Origin: an uncultured Gemmatimonadales bacterium
GTDB lineage: Bacteria; Gemmatimonadota; Gemmatimonadetes; Gemmatimonadales; GWC2-71-9
Assembly: GCA_963779755.1 (NCBI GenBank)
Contig: CAVZZO010000001.1
Span: 2,080,001 to 2,144,000 of the forward strand
DNA length: 64,000 nucleotides
Reading direction: 5' to 3'
In this document: positions 9,649 to 19,652 of the stretch, piece after piece
Layout of the letters: each line of letters opens with the position of its first letter
Numbering within the stretch: the stretch's first letter is position 1
The notes under the pieces: model-generated
What the model was told of the DNA's origin: nothing
Seen by the model: only the letters and a program-made list of their open reading frames with translations
Databases searched by the model: none
Translations under genes and position numbers: made by a program

Positions 9649-11138
9649 GCCGCATCCTCGTCGCCAACCGCGGCGAAATCGCTCTCCGGATCATCCGCGC
9701 ATGTCATGAAGAAGGCCTCGAGGCCGTTGCGGTCTATTCCGCCGTCGACCGGCTGAGTCCGCACGTCCAGGCCGCCGACCTCGCTATTCCCATCGGGCCG
9801 GCCTCCCCCGCCGAGAGCTACCTGCGGATCGACCGGCTGATCGACACGGCCCGCGAAAGCGGCTGCCAGGCGGTGCATCCCGGCTACGGGTTTCTGGCCG
9901 AGCGGGCCGCCTTTGCCGAGGCGGTAACTGCCGCGGGACTGGTGTTCGTCGGGCCGCCGGCCGACGCCATTCGTGCCATGGGCGACAAGACCGAAGCGCG
10001 CCGGCGCATGGCCGAGGCCGGTGTGCCGATCGTGCCGGGCACCACCGTGCCCGACGCCGACCCGGGCCGGAGCCGTAAGGCGGCCGATGAGATCGGCTAT
10101 CCCGTGGTGGTGAAGGCGGCGGCGGGCGGAGGGGGAAAGGGCATGCGCGTAGTGCGGGAGGGGGCGGCGCTGGCCGGCGCGCTCGCTACCGCCTCCTCCG
10201 AAGCGGAAAAGGCCTTCGGTGACGGCGGGGTCTACCTGGAGAAGTACATTGAGCGGCCCCGGCACGTGGAGATCCAGGTCCTGGCCGATCACCAGCGGAC
10301 CGTCCATCTGGGCGAGCGCGAATGCTCGGTGCAGCGGCGCCACCAGAAACTGGTGGAGGAAGCGCCCTCGCCCGCCGTTTCGCAGGAGCTGCGGCAGCGC
10401 ATGGGGGCCGCCGCGGTGCAGGCCGCGGAAGCCGTGGGCTACCTCGGCGCGGGTACCTGCGAATTTCTTCTCGGGGCCGACGGCAGCTTCTACTTCCTGG
10501 AGATGAACACCCGGATCCAGGTCGAGCACCCGGTGACGGAGCTGGTCTACGGTGTGGATCTGGTGCGCGAGCAGCTCCGGATTGCGGCCGAGAAGCCGAT
10601 GCGGGTGCCCACCCGGCCGCTGCATCCCCGGGGCTGGGCGCTGGAATGCCGGATCACCAGCGAGGATGCCGCCAACGGTTTCCTGCCTTCTACCGGCCGG
10701 ATCGAATATCTGGAGACTCCCGCCGGCCCCGGTGTGCGCTGGGACGGCGGCATCGCGGTGGGCAATGAGGTCACGCTCTACTACGACTCGCTGCTGGGCA
10801 AGCTCATCGCCTGGGGCGCCGACCGCAGCCAGGTGATCTCCCGGATGCTGCGCGCGCTCGACGAGCTGATCATCGTGGGCGTCTCCACCAATCTGCCCTT
10901 CCATGTCCGGCTGCTGCGCGATCCCGACTTCCAGGACGGCGAGCTCGACACCCAGATGCTGGAGCGCCGCCCCGACCTGCTGCAGCTGGATCTCCCCGAC
11001 GATCAGGCCGCGACCCTGGCGGTGGCGGCCGCCCTGGCGGAGGACGAGTCCCGGCGCCGGCGGCGCCCGCCGGTGAGCGCCGAGGCCCCGGCGGCCAGTC
11101 TCTGGTCGCGCACCGGCCGGCTCGACCAGCTGCGATGA
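9636..11138 (+). CDS. accC: biotin carboxylase subunit
   Basis: ILVANRGEIA, HPGYGFLAE, GGGGKGMR, ERECSVQRRHQK, EMNTRIQVEHPVTE. Confidence 0.95.
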   Translation: MRPLSRILVANRGEIALRIIRACHEEGLEAVAVYSAVDRLSPHVQAADLAIPIGPASPAESYLRIDRLIDTARESGCQAVHPGYGFLAERAAFAEAVTAAGLVFVGPPADAIRAMGDKTEARRRMAEAGVPIVPGTTVPDADPGRSRKAADEIGYPVVVKAAAGGGGKGMRVVREGAALAGALATASSEAEKAFGDGGVYLEKYIERPRHVEIQVLADHQRTVHLGERECSVQRRHQKLVEEAPSPAVSQELRQRMGAAAVQAAEAVGYLGAGTCEFLLGADGSFYFLEMNTRIQVEHPVTELVYGVDLVREQLRIAAEKPMRVPTRPLHPRGWALECRITSEDAANGFLPSTGRIEYLETPAGPGVRWDGGIAVGNEVTLYYDSLLGKLIAWGADRSQVISRMLRALDELIIVGVSTNLPFHVRLLRDPDFQDGELDTQMLERRPDLLQLDLPDDQAATLAVAAALAEDESRRRRRPPVSAEAPAASLWSRTGRLDQLR

Positions 11139-12406
11139 CCGGGGGCGAAACTGTGCGGATTGACCGGCTGGCCGCCGGGGGCGACGGCGTGGGCCGCCTG
11201 GCTGACGGCCGGGTGGTGTTCATCCCCCGCACCGCGCCGGGCGACCTGGTCCGAACCGGCCCCATCCGGCGGGCGCGCCGTCTGGCTCGTGCGCGCGTGG
11301 CCGCCCTGCTCGAGCCGGGGTCCGGGCGGGTGGAGCCGGCCTGCCCCCACTACACCCGCGACGAGTGCGGCGGCTGCCAGCTGCAGCACCTGACCGCGGA
11401 AGCGCAGGTACAGGCCAAGTCCGGCTTCGTGGCCGATGCTCTGCGGCGGATCGCCCATCGCGAGACCGGACCACCGCCGGTGGAGGCCGCGCCCGAGGGC
11501 TGGCGCTACCGTACCCGCATCGCGATGGCGGTCGGACGCGATGGGCGGATCGGGTTGCATCCCGTGGATCGCCCCGGCGCGGTATTCGATCTGGACGACT
11601 GCCCCATTACCGCGCTGCCCCTGATGCGGCTCTGGCGATCGCTGGCGCCACATCGCGGCCTGCTGCCGTCCGATACCCGTCGCCTGCTCCTCCGGCTGGA
11701 TGAACACGGCGGCCGGCACGTCATCGCCGAGGTGAGCGGGACGGTCCCCTGGAGCCGCGCCCCGGACCTGGCCGGTGCGCTGGAGCGGGCGGGCGAGCAA
11801 GCAGTGCTGTGGTGGCATCCGGAAGGCGGGGCCGCGCGGACGGTGGCGGCCAGCGGCGAGGCCTATCCCGCCACCGTCTTCCAGCAGGTATACCCGGTGA
11901 TGGCCGCCCGGGTGCGTGCCCACGCGCTGCGGCGGCTGGCCGCGGGCACGGGTTCGACGGTGTGGGACCTGTACGCCGGCACCGGCGATACCTCCCTGGC
12001 GCTGGTGGCGGCCGGGGCGAAGATCGCCAGCGTGGAGCAGGATCGCCGGGCCGTCGCCCTGGCCGAGGTGCGTCTCCGGGGGCATCTCGGCATCGCGCCG
12101 GAGCGGCCGCTGCCGCCGGCGGTGGATATCCGGAGCGGCCGGGCGGAGACCCTGGTGTCTCGGCTCCCCCGGCCCGACCTGATCATCACCAACCCGCCCC
12201 GGACCGGCATGGCGGAGGGGGTCACCCTGGCCGTGGGCAGGGGCGGCGCGCATCGGGTGGTGTACATCTCCTGCGACCCGGCCACGCTGGCGCGCGACGT
12301 GAGCCGGCTGGGTTCCGGTTGGCGGCTGGCCGATGTGCACGCGTTTGATCTCTTCCCCCAGACGGCCCACGTGGAGACGGTGGCGGTGCTGGAGCGCGCG
12401 TCATGA
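11135..12406 (+). CDS. TRAM-domain RNA (uracil-C5)-methyltransferase, RlmD/TrmA family
   Basis: CPHY..ECGGCQLQH Fe-S motif, DLYAGTG, NPPRTG, YISCDPATLARD, DLFPQTAHVE. Confidence 0.9.
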   Translation: MTGGETVRIDRLAAGGDGVGRLADGRVVFIPRTAPGDLVRTGPIRRARRLARARVAALLEPGSGRVEPACPHYTRDECGGCQLQHLTAEAQVQAKSGFVADALRRIAHRETGPPPVEAAPEGWRYRTRIAMAVGRDGRIGLHPVDRPGAVFDLDDCPITALPLMRLWRSLAPHRGLLPSDTRRLLLRLDEHGGRHVIAEVSGTVPWSRAPDLAGALERAGEQAVLWWHPEGGAARTVAASGEAYPATVFQQVYPVMAARVRAHALRRLAAGTGSTVWDLYAGTGDTSLALVAAGAKIASVEQDRRAVALAEVRLRGHLGIAPERPLPPAVDIRSGRAETLVSRLPRPDLIITNPPRTGMAEGVTLAVGRGGAHRVVYISCDPATLARDVSRLGSGWRLADVHAFDLFPQTAHVETVAVLERAS

Positions 12407-12930
12407 AATACTTCGTGCGGGTGGCAGGGAAAGAGTGGGTGGTGGAGGTCGATGGCGACCGGGTGGCGGTGAACGGCCGCGAAAGCCGCGCCCAGCTCGG
12501 CGCCATCGCCGGCACTCCGCTGCGGCACCTGGTGCTGGACGGGCGCTCCCACCGTTTCCCGTTCGCCCCGGGGGGGCGCGGCAGCTGGCGTATCGGCCAG
12601 GGCGGCGAGTTCTGGGACGTCGAGGTGGTCGATGAGCGCACCCGCCACATCCAGAGCCTCACCGGCCAGGCGGGCGGCGCCCGGGGGCCGGGAGTGCTGC
12701 GGGCGCCCATGCCGGGGCTGGTGGTCCGGCTCGAGGTCCGGCCGGGCCAGCAGGTGGCCGCGGGACAGGGGGCCGTGGTGCTGGAGGCGATGAAGATGCA
12801 GAACGAGCTCCGGGTGGCGAGCCCCGGGACGGTCAAGGCGGTCCGGGTCGCGGCGGGGCAGGCGGTTGAGAAGGGGCAAGTGCTTGTGGAATTTGATGAT
12901 GAGGAGCCAGGGGAGGAGAGCGGGGAGTAA
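12403..12930 (+). CDS. biotin carboxyl carrier protein
   Basis: APMPG and LEAMKMQN biotinylation motif. Confidence 0.92.
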   Translation: MKYFVRVAGKEWVVEVDGDRVAVNGRESRAQLGAIAGTPLRHLVLDGRSHRFPFAPGGRGSWRIGQGGEFWDVEVVDERTRHIQSLTGQAGGARGPGVLRAPMPGLVVRLEVRPGQQVAAGQGAVVLEAMKMQNELRVASPGTVKAVRVAAGQAVEKGQVLVEFDDEEPGEESGE

Positions 12931-12977
12931 AGGGCCTCTCCCGCGCCCCGGGGGAGGGTGGCGGCCCGATTTCGGCC

Positions 12978-13007
12978 TTGACCTAAATCGTTACTGCCAG
13001 CTAGTTT
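12978..13007 (+). promoter_or_regulatory. sigma70-type promoter of rplM operon
   Basis: TTGACC-18 nt-TAGTTT. Confidence 0.55.
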
Positions 13008-13050
13008 TAGCGTCTGGCTTCTTTCGGGAATTTTCTGGACTTCCGGGGTT

Positions 13051-13503
13051 ATGAACACCTATACGGCAACACCGAAGGACATCACGCACGACTGGCACGT
13101 GGTTGACGCTGCCGGCGTGCCGCTGGGCCGGCTGGCGAGCCAGGTGGCGCAGCTCATTCGCGGCAAGCACAAGCCGACGTTCACGCCGCATATGGACGGC
13201 GGCGACTTCGTCGTGGTCATCAACGCCTCGCAGGTGCGGCTTACCGGCCGCAAGCTGACGCAGAAGACCTACTTCGCGCACAGCGGCTACATGGGGCACG
13301 AGTCGCATACCGCCGCCCGCGACATGCTGGCGCGGCACCCCGACCGGGTGATCGAGAAAGCCGTCTTCGGCATGCTGCCCAAGAATTCGCTCGCCCGGCA
13401 GAAGCTGCGGGGCAAGCTCAAGGTCTATCCCGGGGCGGAGCATCCTCACGAGGCGCAGCAGCCGGCGCCGTTTGTCATCGCTTCTTCGACGGTGAAGTCA
13501 TGA
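13051..13503 (+). CDS. rplM: 50S ribosomal protein L13
   Basis: W.VVDA..LGRLAS, RGKHKPTFTPH.DGGDFVVVINA. Confidence 0.98.
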   Translation: MNTYTATPKDITHDWHVVDAAGVPLGRLASQVAQLIRGKHKPTFTPHMDGGDFVVVINASQVRLTGRKLTQKTYFAHSGYMGHESHTAARDMLARHPDRVIEKAVFGMLPKNSLARQKLRGKLKVYPGAEHPHEAQQPAPFVIASSTVKS

Positions 13504-13901
13504 GCGCGAGTCCGGAATTCCGCTGGCAGGCCGTGGGCCGCCGCAAGACCAGCGTGGCCCGGGTGTACCTGACGCCGGGAACCGGCAAGTGGGACATCAA
13601 CGGCCGCACCCTGGGCGATTTCTTCCCCCGGCCCTCGCTGGTGCAGCACATCCAGCAGTCGTTCACCGCCACCGATACGCTGGGTGCCTTTGATGTACGG
13701 GCCCACGTGCGGGGCGGCGGCGTGTCGGGGCAGGCGGGCGCCATGCGCCTGGCCATCGCCCGGGCGCTGGTGGAAGCCGACGGGACGCACCGCACCAAGT
13801 TGCGCGGCGCCGGCCTGCTGACGCGCGATCCCCGCGCGGTGGAGCGGAAGAAGCCCGGGCAGCCGGGCGCCCGGAAGCGCTTCCAGTTCTCGAAGCGGTA
13901 G
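13500..13901 (+). CDS. rpsI: 30S ribosomal protein S9
   Basis: GRRKTSVARV, LLTRDPR.VERKK, QFSKR. Confidence 0.98.
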   Translation: MSASPEFRWQAVGRRKTSVARVYLTPGTGKWDINGRTLGDFFPRPSLVQHIQQSFTATDTLGAFDVRAHVRGGGVSGQAGAMRLAIARALVEADGTHRTKLRGAGLLTRDPRAVERKKPGQPGARKRFQFSKR

Positions 13902-13943
13902 TCCGCGGCCCGGGCGGGCAATGCTGCCCGCCGGGTCGAATCT

Positions 13944-14006
13944 TCACATCACCGGATTTCCGTCCGGGTGCCCCGCGGGGTTCGACGGAGAGAGGAAGGT
14001 GATGGA
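13944..14006 (+). promoter_or_regulatory. rpsB leader structure (t44/S2-leader-like)
   Basis: Nested stems CATCACC/GGTGATG and TTTCCGTC/GACGGAGA around GGGTGCCCCGCGGGGTTCG, directly upstream of rpsB. Confidence 0.65.
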
Positions 14007-14042
14007 CGATCAACCCTGAGCAGGAGAGGAACAACCGTCTGC

Positions 14043-14936
14043 ATGTCTCAGCCGCAACTGCAGGACCTGCTTGAAGCCGGAGTTCACTTCGGCCATCAGA
14101 CCCGCCGCTGGAATCCGAAGATGCGCCGGTTCATCTTCGCGGAGCGTTCCGGGATATACATCATCGATCTGCAGAAGACCCTCCGCCAGATCCTGAAAGC
14201 GGAGGAACTGCTGCGCTCCATCCTGCTGCGGGGCGAGAACGTGCTCTTCGTCTGCACCAAGCGGCAGCTCAAGGGCATCGTCCGGCAGGAGGCGGTGGAC
14301 TGCGGCGCCTTCTACGTCACCGAGCGGTGGCTGGGCGGTACGCTCACCAATTTCCAGACCATCAAGCGCCAGCTGCGGCGCTACAAGGAGCTGGAGCAGG
14401 GCAGCGCGGAAGGCGAGTTCGCCCACTATACCAAGAAGGAAAAGCTGCTCTTCGAGCGCGAGCGGGAGAAGCTGGGCCGCAATCTCGAGGGCATCAAGAA
14501 CATGAGCCGGCTGCCCGGGGTGCTCTTCGTGGTGGATGCCAAGAAGGAGCGCATCGCGGTGGCCGAGGCCAACAAGCTGGGGATCCCGGTGGTCGGCATC
14601 GTGGATACCAACGCCGATCCGGACCTCATCACCGTGCCGATTCCGGGCAACGACGACGCCATCCGCTCCGTCTCGCTCATTACCGGCGCGCTGTGCGATG
14701 CCATCCGCGAGGCCCGCGCCCAGATGCCGGTGCGCGAGGCGAACGAAGATCTCGAAGCCGAGACCTACAGCACCGATGCCGGCTCGGAGGCCGACATGGA
14801 CGCCGAGCGCCGCAAGCGGCGGACCCGGCGCAAGCGCCGGCCCAAGCCCGAAGCGATCGCCGCCCGGCTGAAGACGGAGAGCGAAGGGAGCGAGGGCGAG
14901 GGCGCCCCCGCGGCCGCGAGCGGCCCCGAAGCCTGA
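14043..14936 (+). CDS. rpsB: 30S ribosomal protein S2
   Basis: LLEAGVHFGHQTRRWNPKM, RWLGGTLTNF, IPGNDDAIRS. Confidence 0.98.
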   Translation: MSQPQLQDLLEAGVHFGHQTRRWNPKMRRFIFAERSGIYIIDLQKTLRQILKAEELLRSILLRGENVLFVCTKRQLKGIVRQEAVDCGAFYVTERWLGGTLTNFQTIKRQLRRYKELEQGSAEGEFAHYTKKEKLLFEREREKLGRNLEGIKNMSRLPGVLFVVDAKKERIAVAEANKLGIPVVGIVDTNADPDLITVPIPGNDDAIRSVSLITGALCDAIREARAQMPVREANEDLEAETYSTDAGSEADMDAERRKRRTRRKRRPKPEAIAARLKTESEGSEGEGAPAAASGPEA

Positions 14937-15024
14937 CCGCGGAGGCCGGCCGATCAGACGCGCCGCCGCTCGGGGCCCGGGAGGGCTCGGGCGGCGGTCT
15001 TGTAATTCACCAGAGGAACGACCG

Positions 15025-15636
15025 ATGGCTCAGACCATAGCAACGACCAAGGATATCGCCGAGCTGCGCCAGCGCACCAGCGCCGGCATGATGGACTGCA
15101 AGAAGGCGCTCGAGGAGTCGGGCGGCGACATGGAGAAAGCCGTGGAGGTCCTGCGCAAGAAGGGGATCGCCCGGGCGGAGAAGCGGGCCGGCCGCAGCGC
15201 CGCCCAGGGGCTGGTGCTGAGCTATATCCATCACAACGCCCAGGTGGGCGTGCTGCTGGAGCTCAACAGCGAAACCGATTTCGTCGCCCGCACCGACGAC
15301 TTCCGCGAGCTGGGCCGCGAGATCGCCCTGCACATCGCCTCGCACGACCCGTCGCCCATCGGGGTGTCGGCGGCCGATCTGCCGGCCGATCTGATCGACC
15401 GGGAACGGCGCATCGCGAAGGAACAGGTCGAGGCCGAGGGCAAGCCCGAGAAAATCCGCGACAAGATCGTCGAGGGCAAGGTGCAGAAGTTCATCAGCGA
15501 ACGAGCCCTGCTGGAGCAGAAGTTCGTCAAGGACGACAGCAAGACCATCGCCCAGCTGGTGCAGGAAGTGAGCGGCAAGGTCGGCGAGGCCGTCCAGGTC
15601 CGCCGCTTCGCCCGGTTCAAGGTCGGGGAGGCCTGA
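15025..15636 (+). CDS. tsf: translation elongation factor Ts (short form)
   Basis: [27 protein letters not shown]. Confidence 0.97.
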   Translation: MAQTIATTKDIAELRQRTSAGMMDCKKALEESGGDMEKAVEVLRKKGIARAEKRAGRSAAQGLVLSYIHHNAQVGVLLELNSETDFVARTDDFRELGREIALHIASHDPSPIGVSAADLPADLIDRERRIAKEQVEAEGKPEKIRDKIVEGKVQKFISERALLEQKFVKDDSKTIAQLVQEVSGKVGEAVQVRRFARFKVGEA

Positions 15637-16349
15637 TGCCGCCGGCCTACGCGCGCGCACTGCTGAAGCTGTCAGGCGAGGCGTTGGCCGGAGACAAGGG
15701 CTATGGGCTGGACTATCGCGTGGTGGACGCGCTGGCCGACGAACTCAAGGCCGTCTATGCCAGCGGCGTCCGCCTCGGCCTGGTGGTGGGTGGAGGCAAC
15801 ATCATGCGCGGCGCCGCGGCGAGCCGGGACGGACTCCTCGATCGCGTCGCCGCCGACAACATGGGCATGCTCGCCACCGTGATCAACGCGCTGGCGGTGC
15901 AGGACATTCTGGAAAAGAAGGGCGTGGACACGCGGGTGATGACCGCCATCCGGATGGAGTCGCTGGCGGAACCCTACATCCGCCGGCGCGCCATCCGCCA
16001 CCTGGAAAAAGGCCGCCTGGTTATCTTTGCGGCAGGGACGGGGAATCCCTATTTCTCGACCGATACGGCGGCGGTGCTGCGGGCCCTGGAAATCGAAGCG
16101 GAAGTGATCCTCAAGGGCACCAACGTGGACGGCGTCTACACCGCCGATCCGCGGAAGGACCCGGCAGCGAAATTCATTCCGGAGTTGTCGTTCCAGGAGG
16201 CGCTGGTCAAGCAGTACGCCGTGATGGATGCCAACGCCTTCGGGCTCTGCATGGGGCACCACCTCCCCATCAACGTGTTCAACATCAACCAGCCCGGCGC
16301 CATTCACCGGGTCCTCCAGGGCGACCGGGTGGGGACCATCGTCCGATGA
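15636..16349 (+). CDS. pyrH: UMP kinase
   Basis: [28 protein letters not shown]. Confidence 0.97.
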   Translation: MPPAYARALLKLSGEALAGDKGYGLDYRVVDALADELKAVYASGVRLGLVVGGGNIMRGAAASRDGLLDRVAADNMGMLATVINALAVQDILEKKGVDTRVMTAIRMESLAEPYIRRRAIRHLEKGRLVIFAAGTGNPYFSTDTAAVLRALEIEAEVILKGTNVDGVYTADPRKDPAAKFIPELSFQEALVKQYAVMDANAFGLCMGHHLPINVFNINQPGAIHRVLQGDRVGTIVR

Positions 16350-16900
16350 CGACCATTGCCGACACACTGAAGCAGGCTCGCGAGTCCATGGACAAGGCCG
16401 TGGAGAGCACCAAACGCGAGCTCCAGACCATCCGCAGCGGCAAGGCCAGCCCGCAGCTGCTCGATCTCGTCCGGGTGCCGGCCTATGGGGCCGAGGTGCC
16501 GCTGAACCAGGTGGCCATGGTGGCCGCCCCGGAGCCGCGGATGCTCACGGTGCAGCCCTTCGACAAGTCGCTGGCCCACGCCATTGAAAAGGCCATTCGC
16601 GACTCGGACCTCGGGCTCAACCCCGCCGCCCAGAGCGGCATCATCCGGGTGCCGATTCCGTCGCTCAACGAGGAGCGGCGCAAGGAGCTGGTGAAGCTCA
16701 CCCACAAGCTGGCCGAAGAGGGCCGGGTGGGCGTCCGCCATGCCCGGACCGACGCGCTGCATCGGATCAAGAAGACCGAGCACGTCTCCGACGACGACAA
16801 GTCGCGCGCCGAGAAAGACGTGCAGAAAATCACCGACGAGCACATCAAGCAGATCGACCAGCTGCTGACGGCCAAGGAAGCCGAAATCATGGCAGTGTGA
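16346..16900 (+). CDS. frr: ribosome recycling factor
   Basis: [28 protein letters not shown]. Confidence 0.97.
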   Translation: MTTIADTLKQARESMDKAVESTKRELQTIRSGKASPQLLDLVRVPAYGAEVPLNQVAMVAAPEPRMLTVQPFDKSLAHAIEKAIRDSDLGLNPAAQSGIIRVPIPSLNEERRKELVKLTHKLAEEGRVGVRHARTDALHRIKKTEHVSDDDKSRAEKDVQKITDEHIKQIDQLLTAKEAEIMAV

Positions 16901-16925
16901 CCGGTGCGGCCGGTGCGAGACTGAG

Positions 16926-17666
16926 ATGACCCAGGACCTCCTGCAGCAGATCCGCGTGAACGGCGCCATTCCCGCCCATGTGGCCATCATCATGGACGGG
17001 AACGGCCGCTGGGCCCGCACCCGTGACCTCCCCCGCCCGGCGGGCCATCAGGCCGGCATGGCCGCGGTGCGCGAAGTGGTCGAGGGCAGCCTCGCCGCCG
17101 GCATCGAAGTGCTCACCCTCTTCGCCTTCAGCCAGGAAAACTGGCAGCGGCCGCCGGACGAGATCGACGCCCTCATGGCCCTGCTGGAGGAGTATATCGC
17201 ACGGGAAATGGCCGAGCTGCGCGACCAGGGTGTCACCGTACGCGTCCTGGGCGACATCGAGCGCCTTTCTCCCGGCGCCCGGGGCGCGGTGGACCGCATC
17301 ATGGCCGAGACCGCCCGGGGGGAAAAACTGGCGCTCAATCTCTGCATCTCCTACGGCTCCCGGGCGGAGCTCACCCGCGCCGCTCGGCGACTGGCCGAGC
17401 AGGTGGCACGGGGCGAGCTGGCGCCGGGCGACATCGACGAAGCGGCCGTGAGCCGGGAGCTCTATACCGCGCCCTGGCCCGATCCGGATCTGCTCATCCG
17501 CACCTCGGGCGAGATGCGCATTTCCAATTTTCTCCTCTGGCAATTGGCCTACGCCGAAATCTGGGTGACCCAGGTGCTCTGGCCCGACTTCAACCGGCAG
17601 CATCTCTTCCAGGCCATTCTCGACTTCCAGCGCCGCGACCGGCGGTTCGGACGCGTGCTCACCTGA
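16926..17666 (+). CDS. uppS: undecaprenyl diphosphate synthase
   Basis: HVAIIMDGNGRWA, FS.ENW.RP, DPDLLIRTSGE.RISNFLLWQ. Confidence 0.97.
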   Translation: MTQDLLQQIRVNGAIPAHVAIIMDGNGRWARTRDLPRPAGHQAGMAAVREVVEGSLAAGIEVLTLFAFSQENWQRPPDEIDALMALLEEYIAREMAELRDQGVTVRVLGDIERLSPGARGAVDRIMAETARGEKLALNLCISYGSRAELTRAARRLAEQVARGELAPGDIDEAAVSRELYTAPWPDPDLLIRTSGEMRISNFLLWQLAYAEIWVTQVLWPDFNRQHLFQAILDFQRRDRRFGRVLT

Positions 17667-18532
17667 TGGACGCCAATCTGCTGCGGCGGGTGGGGTTCGC
17701 TGTCCTGGCCATCCCGGCGGCGCTCCTGCTCATCTGGTACGGCGGGTGGCCGCTGGTGCTGCTGGTGGCCCTGGCCGGCATGCTGGGCACCCGCGAGCTG
17801 TTCGACCTCGCCCGGCGGCAGCGGATCGAGCCCGCCATGGAGCTGGGCCTTCTCACCGTGCTGGTGTTCGCTCCGGTGGCCTACGTGGCGCTCACCGCCA
17901 TGTACGAGAGCTGGTGGGTGCTGGCGGCCGGTGTCTACGCCGGCGCCGCCTGGCTCATGCTGGTCATGTTCTGGGCGCTCTGGCGCCGCCCCCCGGGCCA
18001 GCACCCCCTCGCCTCCATCGCGGTCACCGTCTTCGGGGTGCTCTACGCCGGGTTGCTGCCCGCCTTCCTCATCATCATTCGCCACAGCGGCTACCGGTTG
18101 CAGTCGCTGCCCGGCGCCTCGCTGGTGGTCTTTCCCCTGGCGGTAACCTGGATCTGCGACACCGCCGCCATGTTCGGCGGACGTGCGCTGGGCGGGGCGA
18201 AGCTGGCCCCGGTGGTGAGCCCGGGCAAGACCTGGTCCGGGACGCTGGTGGGCGTGGCCGCCGGCCTGATCGTCGCCCCGCTCTACCAGGCGCTGGTCTT
18301 CGAACCTCTCGGTCTGCATTTCGCGCTCTGGAAGCTGCTGCTCTGCGCCGGCCTCTGGGCCACGCTGGGCCAGGCGGGAGACCTTGCCGAATCGCTCTTC
18401 AAGCGGGAAGCCGGCGTGAAGGACTCCAGCGCCCTCATCCCCGGCCACGGCGGCGTGCTCGACCGGCTGGATTCCCTCTACGTGGTCATCCCGTTCGCCG
18501 CGCTGCTCTATCGCGTCCTGGGCATTCGCTGA
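17666..18532 (+). CDS. cdsA: phosphatidate cytidylyltransferase
   Basis: SPGKTW, GDLAESLFKR..GVKDS..IPGHGGVLDRLDS. Confidence 0.96.
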   Translation: MDANLLRRVGFAVLAIPAALLLIWYGGWPLVLLVALAGMLGTRELFDLARRQRIEPAMELGLLTVLVFAPVAYVALTAMYESWWVLAAGVYAGAAWLMLVMFWALWRRPPGQHPLASIAVTVFGVLYAGLLPAFLIIIRHSGYRLQSLPGASLVVFPLAVTWICDTAAMFGGRALGGAKLAPVVSPGKTWSGTLVGVAAGLIVAPLYQALVFEPLGLHFALWKLLLCAGLWATLGQAGDLAESLFKREAGVKDSSALIPGHGGVLDRLDSLYVVIPFAALLYRVLGIR

Positions 18533-18533
18533 C

Positions 18534-19652
18534 ATGAAGGGCGTGGCCATTCTGGGATCCACCGGATCCATCGGGCGGAGCACCCTGGCCGTGCTGGGGC
18601 GGCAGCGCGACCATTTCCGGCTGGTCGCGCTGACGGCCCACCGCAACGCCGAGCTGCTGCGCAGCCAGGCGGCAGAGTGGCGGCCGGCCTTCGTCGGCCT
18701 GGCCGACCCGGCCGCGCAGGGCAACGGCGATGCGCGCCGGGGGCCGGATGTGCTGGTCGAGGCGGTCCGGCATCCCGACGTGGACATCGTCGTCAACGCG
18801 GTGGTGGGCAGCGCCGGCCTGGAGGCGACGCTGGCCGCGCTCCGGGCCGGCAAGCGGGTGGCGCTCGCCAATAAGGAAACGCTGGTGATGGCCGGGGAAC
18901 TGGTGCGGCAGGCCGCCCGGGAGGGCGGGGGCGAGCTCATCCCCGTCGATTCCGAGCACAGCGCGGTGCTGCAATGCCTGGCGGGGAGCGCGACACCCTG
19001 CAGCCGTCTGATTCTCACCGCCTCCGGCGGCCCCTTCCGCGGATGGGACCCGGAGCGGATGGCGCGCGCCACCGTACGGGAAGCGCTCAACCACCCCACC
19101 TGGCAGATGGGCCCCAAGGTGACGGTCGACAGCGCCACCCTGGCCAACAAGGCGCTGGAAGTGATCGAGGCGCATCATCTCTTTGGCCTGGGATACGACG
19201 ATATCGAGGTCGTGGTCCATCCCCAGAGCGTAGTCCACGCGTTCGTGGAGTTCTGCGACGGCAGCGTCATTGCCCAGGTCGGCTTTCCTTCGATGGAGAT
19301 GCCGATTCTCTACGCCCTGACCTATCCCGGCCGGCTGGCCGACCGGGGGCCCCGGCGCTTCGATCCGGTGGCCGCCGGCCCGCTCGAGTTCGAAGCGGTG
19401 CCCGGGACCTTCCGCGCCTTCGCCGCCGGTGTTGCGGCCGGGCGGGCGGGCGGTACCGCGCCGGCGGTGTTCAATGCCGCCAACGAGACGGCGGTCGCTG
19501 AGTTCCTGGCCGGCCGGATCGCCTTCGGCCGTATTGCGGAGGCGGTGGAACGCGTGGTGCAGGAACACGTGCCCCGGCCCTCCCCCGACCTGGCCACGAT
19601 TCGCGAGGCCGATACCTGGGCCCGGCGCCGGGCGCTGGAGGTGTTGCAGTGA
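18534..19652 (+). CDS. dxr: 1-deoxy-D-xylulose-5-phosphate reductoisomerase
   Basis: ILGSTGSIG, ALANKETLV, PVDSEHSA, HPTWQMGPKVTVDSAT. Confidence 0.97.
   Translation: MKGVAILGSTGSIGRSTLAVLGRQRDHFRLVALTAHRNAELLRSQAAEWRPAFVGLADPAAQGNGDARRGPDVLVEAVRHPDVDIVVNAVVGSAGLEATLAALRAGKRVALANKETLVMAGELVRQAAREGGGELIPVDSEHSAVLQCLAGSATPCSRLILTASGGPFRGWDPERMARATVREALNHPTWQMGPKVTVDSATLANKALEVIEAHHLFGLGYDDIEVVVHPQSVVHAFVEFCDGSVIAQVGFPSMEMPILYALTYPGRLADRGPRRFDPVAAGPLEFEAVPGTFRAFAAGVAAGRAGGTAPAVFNAANETAVAEFLAGRIAFGRIAEAVERVVQEHVPRPSPDLATIREADTWARRRALEVLQ

Noticed and set aside
15025..15636. EF-Ts looks truncated at 203 aa
   Set aside because: Short EF-Ts forms are established in several phyla, and the gene is intact and coupled to pyrH.
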